Assembly: GCA_040770465.1 (NCBI GenBank)
Contig: JAXGJB010000002.1
Location: forward strand, 1-64,000
Length of the DNA: 64,000 nt
From: Methanothrix sp.
Lineage (GTDB): Archaea; Halobacteriota; Methanosarcinia; Methanotrichales; Methanotrichaceae
Direction: 5' to 3'
Below, in pieces: positions 18,571-28,865 of the stretch (the stretch's first letter is position 1; each line of letters opens with the position of its first letter). A program made the translations under genes and the position numbers. Below the pieces are notes generated by a model. The model made no database searches. It saw only the letters and a program-made list of their open reading frames with translations, and was not told the DNA's origin.

Positions 18571-19431
18571 ATGAGAGGATTCAAGAATATCGGAATCGGT
18601 TTTGTCCTGCTGATCTTCATCGGCGGGACTGGACTGGGCCAGCTCGGTGATCTGGAGCTTGAACAACCCAGTGGCGATGCGTTCCCCGAAGGCGACGCGG
18701 GAATTGCGGCTTACATAAACACAGGCCAAACGATAGACATCGAGAAGGTCAAGACCATCTTCGCCTCAGTTGATCAGGTCGGAGACAACTACATCGTCGG
18801 CGTGGTCCCGATCGAGAACTGGGGCGGAAATATAGACGTCCATCTGTACGCGGATGCCGACGGCTGGGTGGTAGCTTACCTCAAAAAGAGCGAGCCCGCA
18901 TCAGAGATAATGCAGTGGAGTGGTGATGTGGATAATCCCAACATCGGTGTGATAAGTTCGACAACCCTCGAACAAGCGTTGTATAAGGCTGGAGATGCCA
19001 CAGGCGTGGGAATTGTGGCAGGAAACATAAAGTACTACGATTTTGAGTATCCCAACGCCAACCGGATGATGATCGTCGCCAAGACGCAAGCGACTGCCGG
19101 TTCTAGTATACATCAGTTGGAGATTCCAGAAAATTACATACTTTTCGAAGCGTCCTACTACCATTACATATACCATTTCGGTATCGAGAAAAATTGGAAA
19201 ACTTATTGGTGGGATTCCAATCTGAATGTAGATGGGTCTGTAATTAGTGACGCGTTGACTTCATACCCAGGAGATGAGGTTTCCCAATGGTGGCGCGATT
19301 TCGGCGATTACAAGGGAGCGATTCGTCCCGGGACGCTACAAACAATTTCGATATCGTACGATAAAAGCTCTGGATGTATAGATCGTGGTTCCGCAGGCGT
19401 CGCCACAGTTCTGATCTACAGGGCAACGTAG
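18571..19431 (+). CDS. Hypothetical secreted protein
   Basis: Signal peptide MRGFKNIGIGFVLLIFIGGTGLG; 286-aa ORF. Confidence 0.75.
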   Translation: MRGFKNIGIGFVLLIFIGGTGLGQLGDLELEQPSGDAFPEGDAGIAAYINTGQTIDIEKVKTIFASVDQVGDNYIVGVVPIENWGGNIDVHLYADADGWVVAYLKKSEPASEIMQWSGDVDNPNIGVISSTTLEQALYKAGDATGVGIVAGNIKYYDFEYPNANRMMIVAKTQATAGSSIHQLEIPENYILFEASYYHYIYHFGIEKNWKTYWWDSNLNVDGSVISDALTSYPGDEVSQWWRDFGDYKGAIRPGTLQTISISYDKSSGCIDRGSAGVATVLIYRAT

Positions 19432-20118
19432 GTGATGATGAAGATGAGAGGAGCAGTTATCGCCCTTATTTTCATCTCGATCCTGGCCCTTCAATTGACT
19501 GGAACGGCTGACGTCACCGTGACCGACGCCGACGGAATATTTGAGAGGAACCTGTCGAGGGTGGCGATCCCAACCAACGCCGAGCCTGTGACCGACGTCT
19601 TCAGCTTCAACGAGAACGCCGTCTCGGTCGAGGAGCTCGCGGCCGTCGAGATCGAGACGGAGCCTCTGCCGATCAGTGACATATTCTTCGTCAACGAGCA
19701 GGCTTCGATGGAGGAGCCCCTCATCCCCACGAAGGTGCCCACCACCACCGAGCCCCTGGAGAGCATCTTCATCCTCCACGAGGGGGCGAAGGCCTTCTCG
19801 CCCTTGACCTACCCTGTCGAGGCGGTCCGGGACTCTCGGCCTCCGGTGATATCCAACGTCACCGTGACGAACGTTACTGGGTCCTCGGCAACACTCTTTT
19901 GGGAGACAGACGAGTTCGCAGACGGGCTCGTCGAGTACGGGACTAATCCTGGAAACTACACCGATCAGAGGTCCGACGAGCTCTTCGCGTTGAACCATAC
20001 CCTCCTCCTGGACGGGCTTTCGCCGGAGACGGGGTACCGCTTCGCGGTGACGGCGACCGATCGGAGCGGAAACTCGGGCCAGAGCGCTGAGTACGACTTC
20101 GCGACGACTGGGCTCTGA
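19432..20118 (+). CDS. Secreted fibronectin type III domain protein
   Basis: PPVISNVTVTNVTGSSATLFWETDE...HTLLLDGLSPETGYRFAVTATDRSGN. Confidence 0.85.
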   Translation: MMMKMRGAVIALIFISILALQLTGTADVTVTDADGIFERNLSRVAIPTNAEPVTDVFSFNENAVSVEELAAVEIETEPLPISDIFFVNEQASMEEPLIPTKVPTTTEPLESIFILHEGAKAFSPLTYPVEAVRDSRPPVISNVTVTNVTGSSATLFWETDEFADGLVEYGTNPGNYTDQRSDELFALNHTLLLDGLSPETGYRFAVTATDRSGNSGQSAEYDFATTGL

Positions 20119-20143
20119 AAAGAGCCCAAAAACTCTTTTTTTT
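20118..20143 (+). terminator. Hairpin plus oligo-T terminator
   Basis: AAAAGAG-CCCAAAAA-CTCTTTTTTTT directly after the stop codon. Confidence 0.6.
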
Positions 20144-20442
20144 ACATCGTTGCACCTTGTCGGATTCATCGTGGACCTACTCTGGCAGGCCAAGCCGGGC
20201 CTTCCGCCCTGAGCGGATAGAAAAATTGGAGGGGGGAGAGGCGAATGAAGGGGGATTTTTAGGGGGGCCTCTCCCGGCCTCTATCATATCATGGCAATGG
20301 GAGGCCGCAACCCTGGGGTTTGCGTCCTCACAACCATACCTTCTTCTTCGCCCTACAAAAGGTCGAGGCTCGCGGGGCGAAAGTAATCGAGGGCTTCGCT
20401 TCCCAAAAGCTATAAGGGGGCCTGTTGCATGGGCGGTTTGGC

Positions 20443-21789
20443 ATGACGATCCAAAGACCGAGAGGGACACGAGACTTCCTGCCGGCTGACTCCTTCAAGA
20501 GGGGCGTCGCGAGGAAGAGGATGCAGGACCTGCTGGAACGGTGGGGCTACCAGGAGATATCAACCCCCACCTTCGAGCATCTGGAGCTCTTCACCGCCAA
20601 GTCGGGGCCGTCGATCATCGAGGAGATCTACGCCTTCAAGGACAAGGGCGGCCGGGACCTGGCGCTCCGGCCCGAGCTGACGGCCCCCGTGATGAGGATG
20701 TACGTCAACGAGCTCCAGACGGCCGCAAAGCCCCTCCGGCTCCACTACTTCGGAAACTGCTTCCGGTACGAGCGGCCCCAGCGCGGTCGGTTCCGGGAGT
20801 TCTGGCAGCTGGGGGCGGAGCTCGTAGGAAGCGACCGGCCCGACGCCGAGGCGGAGGTGATCGCCCTCGCATCAAAGCTGATCGATAGCGCCGGCGTCTC
20901 AGGAGACCTCCACATCGGCTACCTGGGCCTCATAAGGGCGATGATGGGGAAGATCCCGGCCGCCGAGAGGCCGGCGGTTATGAAGTTCATCGACAAGAAG
21001 GAGCGGTCCCTCCTCGCCGAGAAGCTCCAGGAGATCGGAAGAGACCACCTCGGCATCGTTGAGCTGATCGACCTCAAGGGGAGGAGGGCTCTCGACCGGG
21101 CGATGGAATTGGCTGAGGACCTGGCCCGCATGCCCGGCGAGACGCCATCCGAAGAGGTGGAGGCGGCTTCCTCTGAGGCACCATCCTCCCGCGGCGCAGG
21201 GGATCGGGAGGCGAGGTCGGACCGGGCGGCGTCCTCAGACCTGGACTTTGCTCAGTTCGCGGAGCTTGTGGACCTTCTGGATGTATACAGCGTGGAGGCG
21301 ACGGTGGACTTCGAGATCGTCCGGGGCCTCGAGTATTACACCGGAACCGTCTTTGAGATCTACGCCTCAGGCCTCGGCGCCCAAAACCAGATCTGCGGAG
21401 GCGGAACCTACATGCTCGCAGGCCTTCTCGGAGGCCAGGAGACGAGGTCGACGGGCTTTGGGATCGGGTTTGATAGGATCATGGAGATCGTCGCCCTCGA
21501 AGAGAGGCCGCCCGCGCCCGTCGCCGTTGTCTTCGTCCCGCAGGTCCGGGCCGAGGCGATCAGGGCTGCCGCTGCCCTTCGCGATGGCGTCGCCCGACCC
21601 GTCGTCCTGGACGTGATGGGCAGGGGGCTCGGAGCCCAGCTGAAACAGGCGAGCAGCATCGGCGCGAGCTTCGCCGTCATAATAGGCCCCAAAGAGGTCG
21701 AAGAGGGTAGGTTCACCCTGAGGAACATGGCGACTGGCTCTCAGGAGAGTCTGAGCCTGGAAGATATCGTAGAAGAGCTGGCGAGCTAG
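20443..21789 (+). CDS. hisS: Histidyl-tRNA synthetase
   Basis: PRGTRDF, LRPELTAP, FRYERPQRGRFREFWQ, RGLEYYTG, GFGIGFDR. Confidence 0.96.
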   Translation: MTIQRPRGTRDFLPADSFKRGVARKRMQDLLERWGYQEISTPTFEHLELFTAKSGPSIIEEIYAFKDKGGRDLALRPELTAPVMRMYVNELQTAAKPLRLHYFGNCFRYERPQRGRFREFWQLGAELVGSDRPDAEAEVIALASKLIDSAGVSGDLHIGYLGLIRAMMGKIPAAERPAVMKFIDKKERSLLAEKLQEIGRDHLGIVELIDLKGRRALDRAMELAEDLARMPGETPSEEVEAASSEAPSSRGAGDREARSDRAASSDLDFAQFAELVDLLDVYSVEATVDFEIVRGLEYYTGTVFEIYASGLGAQNQICGGGTYMLAGLLGGQETRSTGFGIGFDRIMEIVALEERPPAPVAVVFVPQVRAEAIRAAAALRDGVARPVVLDVMGRGLGAQLKQASSIGASFAVIIGPKEVEEGRFTLRNMATGSQESLSLEDIVEELAS

Positions 21790-21963
21790 ACCGCACAGTG
21801 ACGGTGGGGCGACCTCGCCGGATTATACCTGCGGTCTAGAGCAGTGGGGCGGTTTGGGTGGGCAAAATGGATTTGCGGCCCGGCATCAAGCCTCAGCCGC
21901 CTACGCGACCGGATCTTTGAGAGACGTATCCTCCCGATTGAAGGTCGAAGGTCGATTTGAAGA

Positions 21964-22515
21964 TCAGAGGAGCCCCAGGTTCTCCAGCTGGACCCGGACG
22001 ATCTTCACGCCCTCCTCGCACTCCTCGGGCGACTTTCCTCCTGTCACCACCAGCTTTCCGGAGCTGAATATCAGAACCACCACCTTTGGGGTCTTGATCC
22101 GATAGACGAGCCCAGGGAACTGCTCGGGCTCGTACTCGATGTTCTCAAGGCCGAGGCCGAGGGCGATGGCGTTGAGGTTGAGGTCGGTCTTGAGGTCGGC
22201 GCTGGCGACGATGTTCTGGACGTGGATCTCGGGGTTGAGGTTGACGTCCTCAAACCCGATGGACTTGAGGGTCTGAGCCATATTCGTGATCACCGTCCTC
22301 ACGTCCTCGACGTTCTTTGCGCCGGTGCATACCACCTTCCCCGAGGTGAATATCAGAAAGGCCGCCCGCGGTGCTTTGACCCTGTAGACGAGCCCCGGGA
22401 ATTTCTCTTTGTTGTATTCGGCGCCCTCCAGCTCCGACTCGATCTTGATCAGATCGAACTCCTCGGCGAGCTTCGTCGAGGCGACGACGTTCTCTATGTT
22501 GATGGTGGACTCCAT
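21964..22515 (-). CDS. tbp: TATA-box binding protein
   Basis: Two repeats: [37 protein letters not shown]. Confidence 0.97.
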   Translation of the reverse strand: MESTINIENVVASTKLAEEFDLIKIESELEGAEYNKEKFPGLVYRVKAPRAAFLIFTSGKVVCTGAKNVEDVRTVITNMAQTLKSIGFEDVNLNPEIHVQNIVASADLKTDLNLNAIALGLGLENIEYEPEQFPGLVYRIKTPKVVVLIFSSGKLVVTGGKSPEECEEGVKIVRVQLENLGLL

Positions 22516-22773
22516 AATCACGTCTCTCCGGAAACCCCCTTTTTAAACTGAGGGTATATAAAGTATTGCGGAGTTGACAGAACGTCGGAAGGTCTTCCGC
22601 CAATTACGATATCGCCGATGGCCTCTGAGATGAGGATATTGGCGCGATCATGGCGGATGGCGGGACGGTCGGAGCCGGGAAGAAGGTCGGATCCGGGGAG
22701 AAGGTAGGGGGCGGGAAGAAAACCGGAGCCGGGACGCCATGGGTAGAGATGAATTTTTCGGGGAAAAAAGAGA

Positions 22774-22871
22774 AGCCGCCGATGGGATTCGAACCCATGA
22801 CCTGCTGATCTATCGGGCCAGTCAATTCGGCCTTACGAATCAGCCGCTTTACCGGGCTAAGCCACGGCGGC
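22774..22871 (-). tRNA. tRNA-Thr(CGU) with 24-nt intron at 37/38 (22810..22833)
   Basis: Reverse complement GCCGCCGTGGCTTAGCCCGGTAAAGCGGCTGATTCGTA[intron]ATCAGCAGGTCATGGGTTCGAATCCCATCGGCGGCT; BHB-like junction. Confidence 0.93.
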
Positions 22872-22982
22872 ACAGGCACACCCGGCATATAGCGGCCGTT
22901 CTCAATTTAAGCGTTGCGATCCGTTTTCCGACGTCTGCGACCACCCGAGTTTTCCTCTCAGACCCTTCTCCGATCCACCCGT

Positions 22983-24206
22983 CTACGAGGACTCGGCCAT
23001 CTTCTTGACCTCTTCGGCCAGCCGCGGCAGGAATATCCCGATGTCGGTTACCAGGCCGATCGCCTGGGCCGTCCCCCGGTCCATCAGCTTAGTCACCGTG
23101 GAGGGGTTGATGTCGACGCAGATCGTCTTGACCCTCGACGGGAGGAGGTTTCCTGTGGCGATGGAGTGGAGCATCGTCGCCATCATGATCACCATGTCGA
23201 CCCCCCGGAGGGCCTCGAACATCGCCTTCTGAGCCTCGACGGTGTCGGTGATGACGTCGGGGAGGGGGCCGTCGTCGCGGATTGATCCCGCCAGGACGAA
23301 GGGGATATTTCGCCTGATGCACTGGTACATGATCCCCCCCTTCAATTTGCCGTCCTCGACAGCCTGTTTTATGGAGCCGCTGGCGATCACCTCGCTTATG
23401 GCGTAGATATGGTTTCGGTGGCCTGCCGAGGTCAGGTTGCCGTGAGGGTCCATCCCCAGGCTCGTCCCGAAGAGCTGCCGCTCGATGTCGTGGACCGCCA
23501 GGGCGTTTCCAGCCAGGAGGGCGTCGATGTAACCGTCGCGGATCAGCTCGGCCAGGGCCTCCGCGGCACCTGTGTGGATTATCCCCGGACCGCCCACCAC
23601 GGCGATCTTGCCACCGCTCCTCTTTGTTGCCAGGATCTCCTCGGCCAGCTGTTTCACGATCTCTCCCGAGGGGCGCTCCGAGGATACCTCGTTGGACATG
23701 AACTCGAAGAAGGTCTTCTCCCGGGGCCGTTCGGGGGGGACCACCCTCACCCCCGAGGTCCCGACGACGATCGCGTCGCCCTTCTCGATCTGGCCGATGG
23801 GAACGCACATCGCCCGATCGTCCTTCACTACGATGAGGCAGTCCATCTGGATGTCCTCCACCTCCAGCCAGGCGCCCCGGTGCCTGACGTGGGTGAGGTG
23901 ATTTGTGGTGGAGTAGAATCCCCGGGGCACGACCCGGTCCTTGGGCGCGATCTCGAGGTGGACGTCTTCGGCCTCGATCGCCCGGGCGCCGAGGGGGTGG
24001 AGGGCGAGGAGGATCCTGTCGAGATGATCGGAGTCGTCTCCCAAGATGGCGATCTTCACGCGGCTCGTATCGTGCTTCTTTTTGCCCACCCGGAACGTCT
24101 TGATCTCAAACTCGCCGCCCATGCTCATTATCTTGTCCAGAGCCTTGGTGAGCGTGAGCGAATCAATAAGGTGTCCTTCCATCTCTATGTCGCAGCTTTC
24201 GCTCAT
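22983..24206 (-). CDS. TIGR00300 family protein (LOR/SDH-like, archaeal ornithine cyclodeaminase)
   Basis: EGHLIDS, FYSTTNH, FEFM...VSSE, LAGNALAVHDIE, LAGSIRDDGPLP, MLHSIATGN, KLMDRG. Confidence 0.9.
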   Translation of the reverse strand: MSESCDIEMEGHLIDSLTLTKALDKIMSMGGEFEIKTFRVGKKKHDTSRVKIAILGDDSDHLDRILLALHPLGARAIEAEDVHLEIAPKDRVVPRGFYSTTNHLTHVRHRGAWLEVEDIQMDCLIVVKDDRAMCVPIGQIEKGDAIVVGTSGVRVVPPERPREKTFFEFMSNEVSSERPSGEIVKQLAEEILATKRSGGKIAVVGGPGIIHTGAAEALAELIRDGYIDALLAGNALAVHDIERQLFGTSLGMDPHGNLTSAGHRNHIYAISEVIASGSIKQAVEDGKLKGGIMYQCIRRNIPFVLAGSIRDDGPLPDVITDTVEAQKAMFEALRGVDMVIMMATMLHSIATGNLLPSRVKTICVDINPSTVTKLMDRGTAQAIGLVTDIGIFLPRLAEEVKKMAESS

Positions 24207-24355
24207 GGTGACCAACCTTTACTCTCGATCTGATACCCTAAGAACCATTCCCTAATAATCCGTCCGGTTCAACCGTCCATTCCCCGACAAACCGTCCGAT
24301 TCAAATTGTACACCTGGCGATCCATCCGATTCGAATCTTCCCTTCGTGGAAGTGT

Positions 24356-25477
24356 TCACCAGAGCTGCCCCTCGATGATCGACTCGGTCTTGTCGTTGGT
24401 GCTCAAGACGAGCCTTTTGATCCTGACCAGATGGCCTCCGGGACAGGCTCGGGGCGGATCGAAGATCGCCCGAACCCCCATCCTTCGGAAGTGCTCTTCG
24501 AAGTCCGTCGCCGTCTGGAGGTCTTTCACCATAATCTCGACCTCCTGGACGATCGCATCCCCTGATATCTTCGCCTCCACCGTCTCTCTCATGGGGCGGA
24601 GCATGCTCTTTCCCAGCCGAAGACACCTCTCCTCGAACTCGCCCTCTGGCTCCGACCACTCCGCCGCCTGGAACCCTTCGCGGACGACCCTGGAGAAGAA
24701 GAAGTCCTGGCCGTAGTCGTTGTAGTACCGGAAGGCGTACTCCAGGTCCATGCAGTTGCTCTCGGAGCTGGTGTACTTTATGGGGCTTGCGAGGTTCGCC
24801 GGGTCCTTGATGACGACCCCCTCCCTGCCCCTGGCCCCCAGGTCTCGAACGATCTCTTTAATCTTTGCCGCGGCATCCTCAAGCCCGAACTCTCCGAAGA
24901 GTCGGACGGACCGTAGATCGTACTCCTCGGCGAGGGCGTGAGTTTCAAGGGAGCCGTCCAGGTTCTTCCTACCCTTTCCCGACGAGTCGAAGAGGTAGAA
25001 GTCCATCGAATCTGCAGGGTATACCGCCTTTGGGACGTAGGGATTGTTTGGTCCCACCATCTCGCCGCAGAGGACGATATCCGGGTGGTCTTTGAAGATC
25101 TCGGGTGGTATCTGGTCGCGAGCCGCCTCTGTCGAGTAGGGGCAGATGAATCCGCCTCGTGTCAGGGCGACCGTCTCTCCCATCACCCTCGCCACCCGGA
25201 CGTTGTGGCCGTTCATCTTCTCTTCGACGAGAACTCGCTGTGAAAAATGTCGTTTGATGGCGGGCTCAAGCATCATCGCCCGCCTTATCTTGGGGTAGCC
25301 GTAGACGATCTCGTCCTCGTTGAAGACGACCGTCCCCGCCTCTATCCCGGATACTGCCTTGTCGAACCTGAGGAGACGTGGCGGCGGCCAGTCGGATGCC
25401 CGGACCATCCGGCCGAGCATCCTCTCCATCCTCTCGGCTGAGACGCCGAGCCCGTCCGCCACGGCCCGAAGGTTCAT
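24356..25477 (-). CDS. rnl: ATP-dependent RNA ligase, Rnl3 (Pab1020) family
   Basis: GYPKIRR, motif I EEKMNGHNVR, TRGGFICPYS, LCGEMVGP.NPY, REGVVIKDP; ATGA overlap with the upstream CBS gene. Confidence 0.92.
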   Translation of the reverse strand: MNLRAVADGLGVSAERMERMLGRMVRASDWPPPRLLRFDKAVSGIEAGTVVFNEDEIVYGYPKIRRAMMLEPAIKRHFSQRVLVEEKMNGHNVRVARVMGETVALTRGGFICPYSTEAARDQIPPEIFKDHPDIVLCGEMVGPNNPYVPKAVYPADSMDFYLFDSSGKGRKNLDGSLETHALAEEYDLRSVRLFGEFGLEDAAAKIKEIVRDLGARGREGVVIKDPANLASPIKYTSSESNCMDLEYAFRYYNDYGQDFFFSRVVREGFQAAEWSEPEGEFEERCLRLGKSMLRPMRETVEAKISGDAIVQEVEIMVKDLQTATDFEEHFRRMGVRAIFDPPRACPGGHLVRIKRLVLSTNDKTESIIEGQLW

Positions 25478-26250
25478 TTCGGCTTCACCAGGTAGTCGAA
25501 GAAGCACCTCCTGGTCAGCATCCCTACAAGCTCGTTGTTCTGGTTTAAGACCGGCATCCCGCCAAGGTCCAGCTCAAGCATCTTCTTTCTCGCCTCCTCG
25601 AGAGGGGTGTCGATCATTAGCGACCTGACGTCCCGGCTCATGATGTCCGAGACGAGGAGGTTTTTGATCCGCGCCTCCTGCTGGCTGCTGGGGACCAGGT
25701 CCTTGAAAGCCCGGAGGGACTTTGCCACGTCCCTCTCCGATACGATCCCGATGAGTTTGCCGTTCTCCATGACGGGAAGCCGTCCGACGTCCTGGTCGAG
25801 CATCACCCGCCGGACGTGGATCAGCCGATCGGAGGGGGTGGCGGTGAGGGGCGTCCGCATGGCGTCGGCTGCAAGCCCCGTAATCCTGAGGGCTTTCAGC
25901 ATGTCTTTTGGCCTCACCCATCCCAGGATCTTCTCCTCCTCCATCACCACCAGAACCGAGGTCTTCTGGAGGAGAGTGACGGCGTCCTCGATCTTCATAT
26001 CGGGGTGGACCTTGATCACCGAGTCGGAGGTGGCACTGGTGACGTGGAGGGACGAGGCGGGCAGCCCCAGCCTCTGCCTGGTTCCCAGAACTCTCGCGAT
26101 CTGTCTCATGGTGATGGTGCCGCCGAGCTTGCCGTCGCTGGTGACGAGAAGCCTTCGGAGATCGTGCTTCTCCATGACGTCCAGGGCGTGGCCGATCCTC
26201 TCCGATTTGTCTATGGTCATCGGTGTAGACATTATCTCCTTTACCATCAT
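25474..26250 (-). CDS. CBS domain protein (2 CBS pairs)
   Basis: VKEIMS, GRLPVMENGKLIGIVSERD, GGMPV. Confidence 0.9.
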   Translation of the reverse strand: MMVKEIMSTPMTIDKSERIGHALDVMEKHDLRRLLVTSDGKLGGTITMRQIARVLGTRQRLGLPASSLHVTSATSDSVIKVHPDMKIEDAVTLLQKTSVLVVMEEEKILGWVRPKDMLKALRITGLAADAMRTPLTATPSDRLIHVRRVMLDQDVGRLPVMENGKLIGIVSERDVAKSLRAFKDLVPSSQQEARIKNLLVSDIMSRDVRSLMIDTPLEEARKKMLELDLGGMPVLNQNNELVGMLTRRCFFDYLVKPK

Positions 26251-26252
26251 GG

Positions 26253-27110
26253 TTAAGACCACCTCGCAACTTCCATCGTTATGTCTCGGGTCGAGAAGAA
26301 CCCCACCACCTTCTCGTCGTCCACCACCGGGAGGCCGCATATCTCCTTATCCAGAAGGATCCTGGCGGCATCCACGGCTTTGACGTTGGGGTCGGTGAAG
26401 ATGATCGGGTAGGACATTACGTCCTCTGCAACCAGGGGGACGTCCTTGACGTACCTGTACTCCTTCCTCCCGGCGGTGCTCTCTTTCCTCGCCATCTTGA
26501 TGCTCTTCGTCTTCAGCTCGTCTTTGGAGTCGGAGATTCCAGATATCGCGAGGTTGGTGTGGGTTATCACTCCGACGGGGGTGGCGTTGTCCTCGCAGAC
26601 CACGACCCTGTCGACGCCGTTGTCCACCATCTCGTCCAGGACGTGGTCGATGGTGTGGTGTCGATGGACGCTGATGACCCCCTGGGCCATGATGTCGCCC
26701 ACCTTTGAGTCGGGATTCTTCTCGACGAAGTAGGAGATGAGGTCTCTAGAGGTTATGATCCCCACGATCTCCCCCTCATCCCTCTCGACGGGGAGGCCGT
26801 CTATCCCGTTCTCCCCCATGATCTCTGCGGCCTGTTCTAGGGTGGCTCCGGGATAGATGGTGATGGGCCGGTCGGTCATCACCAGCTTAACGGGAACTTT
26901 GCTGATGGGTCGCCTCCGCCATTCCGGGGCGGCCTGGCTCAGTCGATGTGATATATCGTGTTTGGTGACAATCCCCGCCAGTTTGTCTCCGTCCATGACC
27001 AGAAGCCTGCTGATGTAGTGCTTGAGCATCAGGTTTCTCGCTCTCTGGACGGGTTCCTCTTTGTCGATGACGTAGACGGGAGATTGCATGTAATCTTTTA
27101 CCTTGCTCAT
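26253..27110 (-). CDS. CBS domain protein (2 CBS pairs)
   Basis: VKDYMQSPV, GIDGLPV, GIITSRD, CGLPVVD. Confidence 0.9.
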   Translation of the reverse strand: MSKVKDYMQSPVYVIDKEEPVQRARNLMLKHYISRLLVMDGDKLAGIVTKHDISHRLSQAAPEWRRRPISKVPVKLVMTDRPITIYPGATLEQAAEIMGENGIDGLPVERDEGEIVGIITSRDLISYFVEKNPDSKVGDIMAQGVISVHRHHTIDHVLDEMVDNGVDRVVVCEDNATPVGVITHTNLAISGISDSKDELKTKSIKMARKESTAGRKEYRYVKDVPLVAEDVMSYPIIFTDPNVKAVDAARILLDKEICGLPVVDDEKVVGFFSTRDITMEVARWS

Positions 27111-28054
27111 GGTATAATCCCTCGTTTCTCCTCCGCAAATGCCCTGATGAAGTCTCTCTTGGTGATGATGCCGAGAAGCGACCCGTTCTCCATGACAGGC
27201 AGGGCGCCGACGCCCTTGTCCATCATCGTCTCTGCCGCCATGCCCAGGTCCGCATCCTTCTCCGTGGATACGATGTCCCTTCGGACCAGGGTCTTTATCG
27301 GCTGGCTCATGACTTCTCCGATGTCGCCGGTCACCACCTTCCCGAACGCCTCGCCGCTTCCCAAATACCTCATTATATCCGAGGCGGTGACCATCCCGAT
27401 CAGTATGGAGTCCTGGACGACGGGTAGCTTTCGGAAGCCGCCCTGCTGGACCATCATCTTGGTGGTCTTCTCGATGGACGTCTGACCGTTGGCGGTGATA
27501 ACTGTGGGGCTCATGAACTCCTCGACCTTGATTCCGGTGTTCACCCCGGCCACGAGCTTTGCGAAGTCGTGTTCGGTGATCAGAGCCTTTATCCTGGTCT
27601 CCTCATCCACCACGGGCAGACCGCCCACGTTCTTCTCGTACATCAACTTTAGGGCGTCTTCGACGGAGGCCTTCTCGCCGATGGATATGAGCCTTGGGCT
27701 CATGATCTCTCTGATGTCGGCGTTGATGGCTGTGAGGATCTTTCCTTCATACTTCTTCTTCAGGAGGTTGTGTCTTATGCCGCCGCCGAGGAAGTCGACG
27801 ACGTCGACGCCGGTGACGAAGCCGAGGAGCCGTCGGGTTCCCGCATCGGCGATCGGCAGCCTCCCGAAGCCATAAGAGGTCATGATCTTGACGGCGCCGA
27901 TGATGGTGGTGGTGGGAGGTGCCGTCACCACCTCAGTAGTTGCTATGGTGAGAACGTCCCCTGCGCGCTTGGCAACCCTCGAATCGAACGAGACCGGTCC
28001 CCTGTCCATAGCTCCCGGCATCCTTATCTTCCGATCCTCTGATGATCTCTTCAT
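27107..28054 (-). CDS. CBS domain protein (2 CBS pairs)
   Basis: GRLPIAD, VGGLPVVD, FRKLPVV, GALPV. Confidence 0.9.
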   Translation of the reverse strand: MKRSSEDRKIRMPGAMDRGPVSFDSRVAKRAGDVLTIATTEVVTAPPTTTIIGAVKIMTSYGFGRLPIADAGTRRLLGFVTGVDVVDFLGGGIRHNLLKKKYEGKILTAINADIREIMSPRLISIGEKASVEDALKLMYEKNVGGLPVVDEETRIKALITEHDFAKLVAGVNTGIKVEEFMSPTVITANGQTSIEKTTKMMVQQGGFRKLPVVQDSILIGMVTASDIMRYLGSGEAFGKVVTGDIGEVMSQPIKTLVRRDIVSTEKDADLGMAAETMMDKGVGALPVMENGSLLGIITKRDFIRAFAEEKRGIIP

Positions 28055-28827
28055 TGTCCCTCACCAAAGATAGCTTTGATCACGTCGTATCGATCGATTA
28101 TCCCGACGAGCCTGCCGTCGTCGACTACAGATATTCTGCCTATCTCGCGATCCAGCATCGTCTTTGCGGCGTCGCGAAGGCTTGCCTCAGAATTTATGCT
28201 GAATAGAGGCGTGCTCATCAGCTTCTCCACTTTCATTACTTCCCTGGTATCCCTGCTTATCCGGGCGCCGCCCGTCCTTATAATGTCGAACCGGGTGATC
28301 ATCCCGAGGGGTCTTCCCTTCTCGTCGACCACCGGCATCCCGGTGAAGTCGGAGTCGAGCATGGCGTCCCAGACCTTCGTCACCGAGTCCTGGGGGCCGC
28401 AGGTCTTCGTCTCGGTGTTCATCGTCTCTTTGACCTTTTTGTCGGCCAGCTTCTCGGGGTCGATCTTACTGAAGATGTCGATGGGGCTGACCACGCCCAG
28501 GAGGCGGCGGTCGTCCAAAGACGAGACCACGGGGAGTATCGCGTAATTGACCGATAAGAGGAGCTTTGCCGCCTCCTCAATGTCCGTTTCCGGGGTGACC
28601 AGGGGGGCCTCCACAGAGAAGCCGGAGACGGTGACGTTCGACCGGGTAGACGATATCTTCAGCATATCCCGGTCTGTGACGATCCCGGCCACGAGTCCCT
28701 CGCCGTCTTTTATCGGCAGGCCACGCAGCTGGTTGTCGCGTATCAGCTGCCGCGCCCGGGTGACGAAGTCGCCTTCTTCGACGCTGACCGGGTCTTTAGA
28801 CATGATCTCTCCAACAGAAATTCCCAT
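28051..28827 (-). CDS. CBS domain protein (2 CBS pairs)
   Basis: VGEIMSKDPV, RGLPI, TGMPVVD, GRISVVDDGRLVGIIDRYD. Confidence 0.9.
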   Translation of the reverse strand: MGISVGEIMSKDPVSVEEGDFVTRARQLIRDNQLRGLPIKDGEGLVAGIVTDRDMLKISSTRSNVTVSGFSVEAPLVTPETDIEEAAKLLLSVNYAILPVVSSLDDRRLLGVVSPIDIFSKIDPEKLADKKVKETMNTETKTCGPQDSVTKVWDAMLDSDFTGMPVVDEKGRPLGMITRFDIIRTGGARISRDTREVMKVEKLMSTPLFSINSEASLRDAAKTMLDREIGRISVVDDGRLVGIIDRYDVIKAIFGEGQ

Positions 28828-28865
28828 ATTATGCCCTCCTGCTCAAGTCCGGATTGTTCGAAACT

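Noticed and set aside
20250-20340. Riboswitch-like hairpin (GGCCTC...GGAGGCC) upstream of hisS
   Set aside because: Does not match fluoride or other riboswitch consensus that I can recognise
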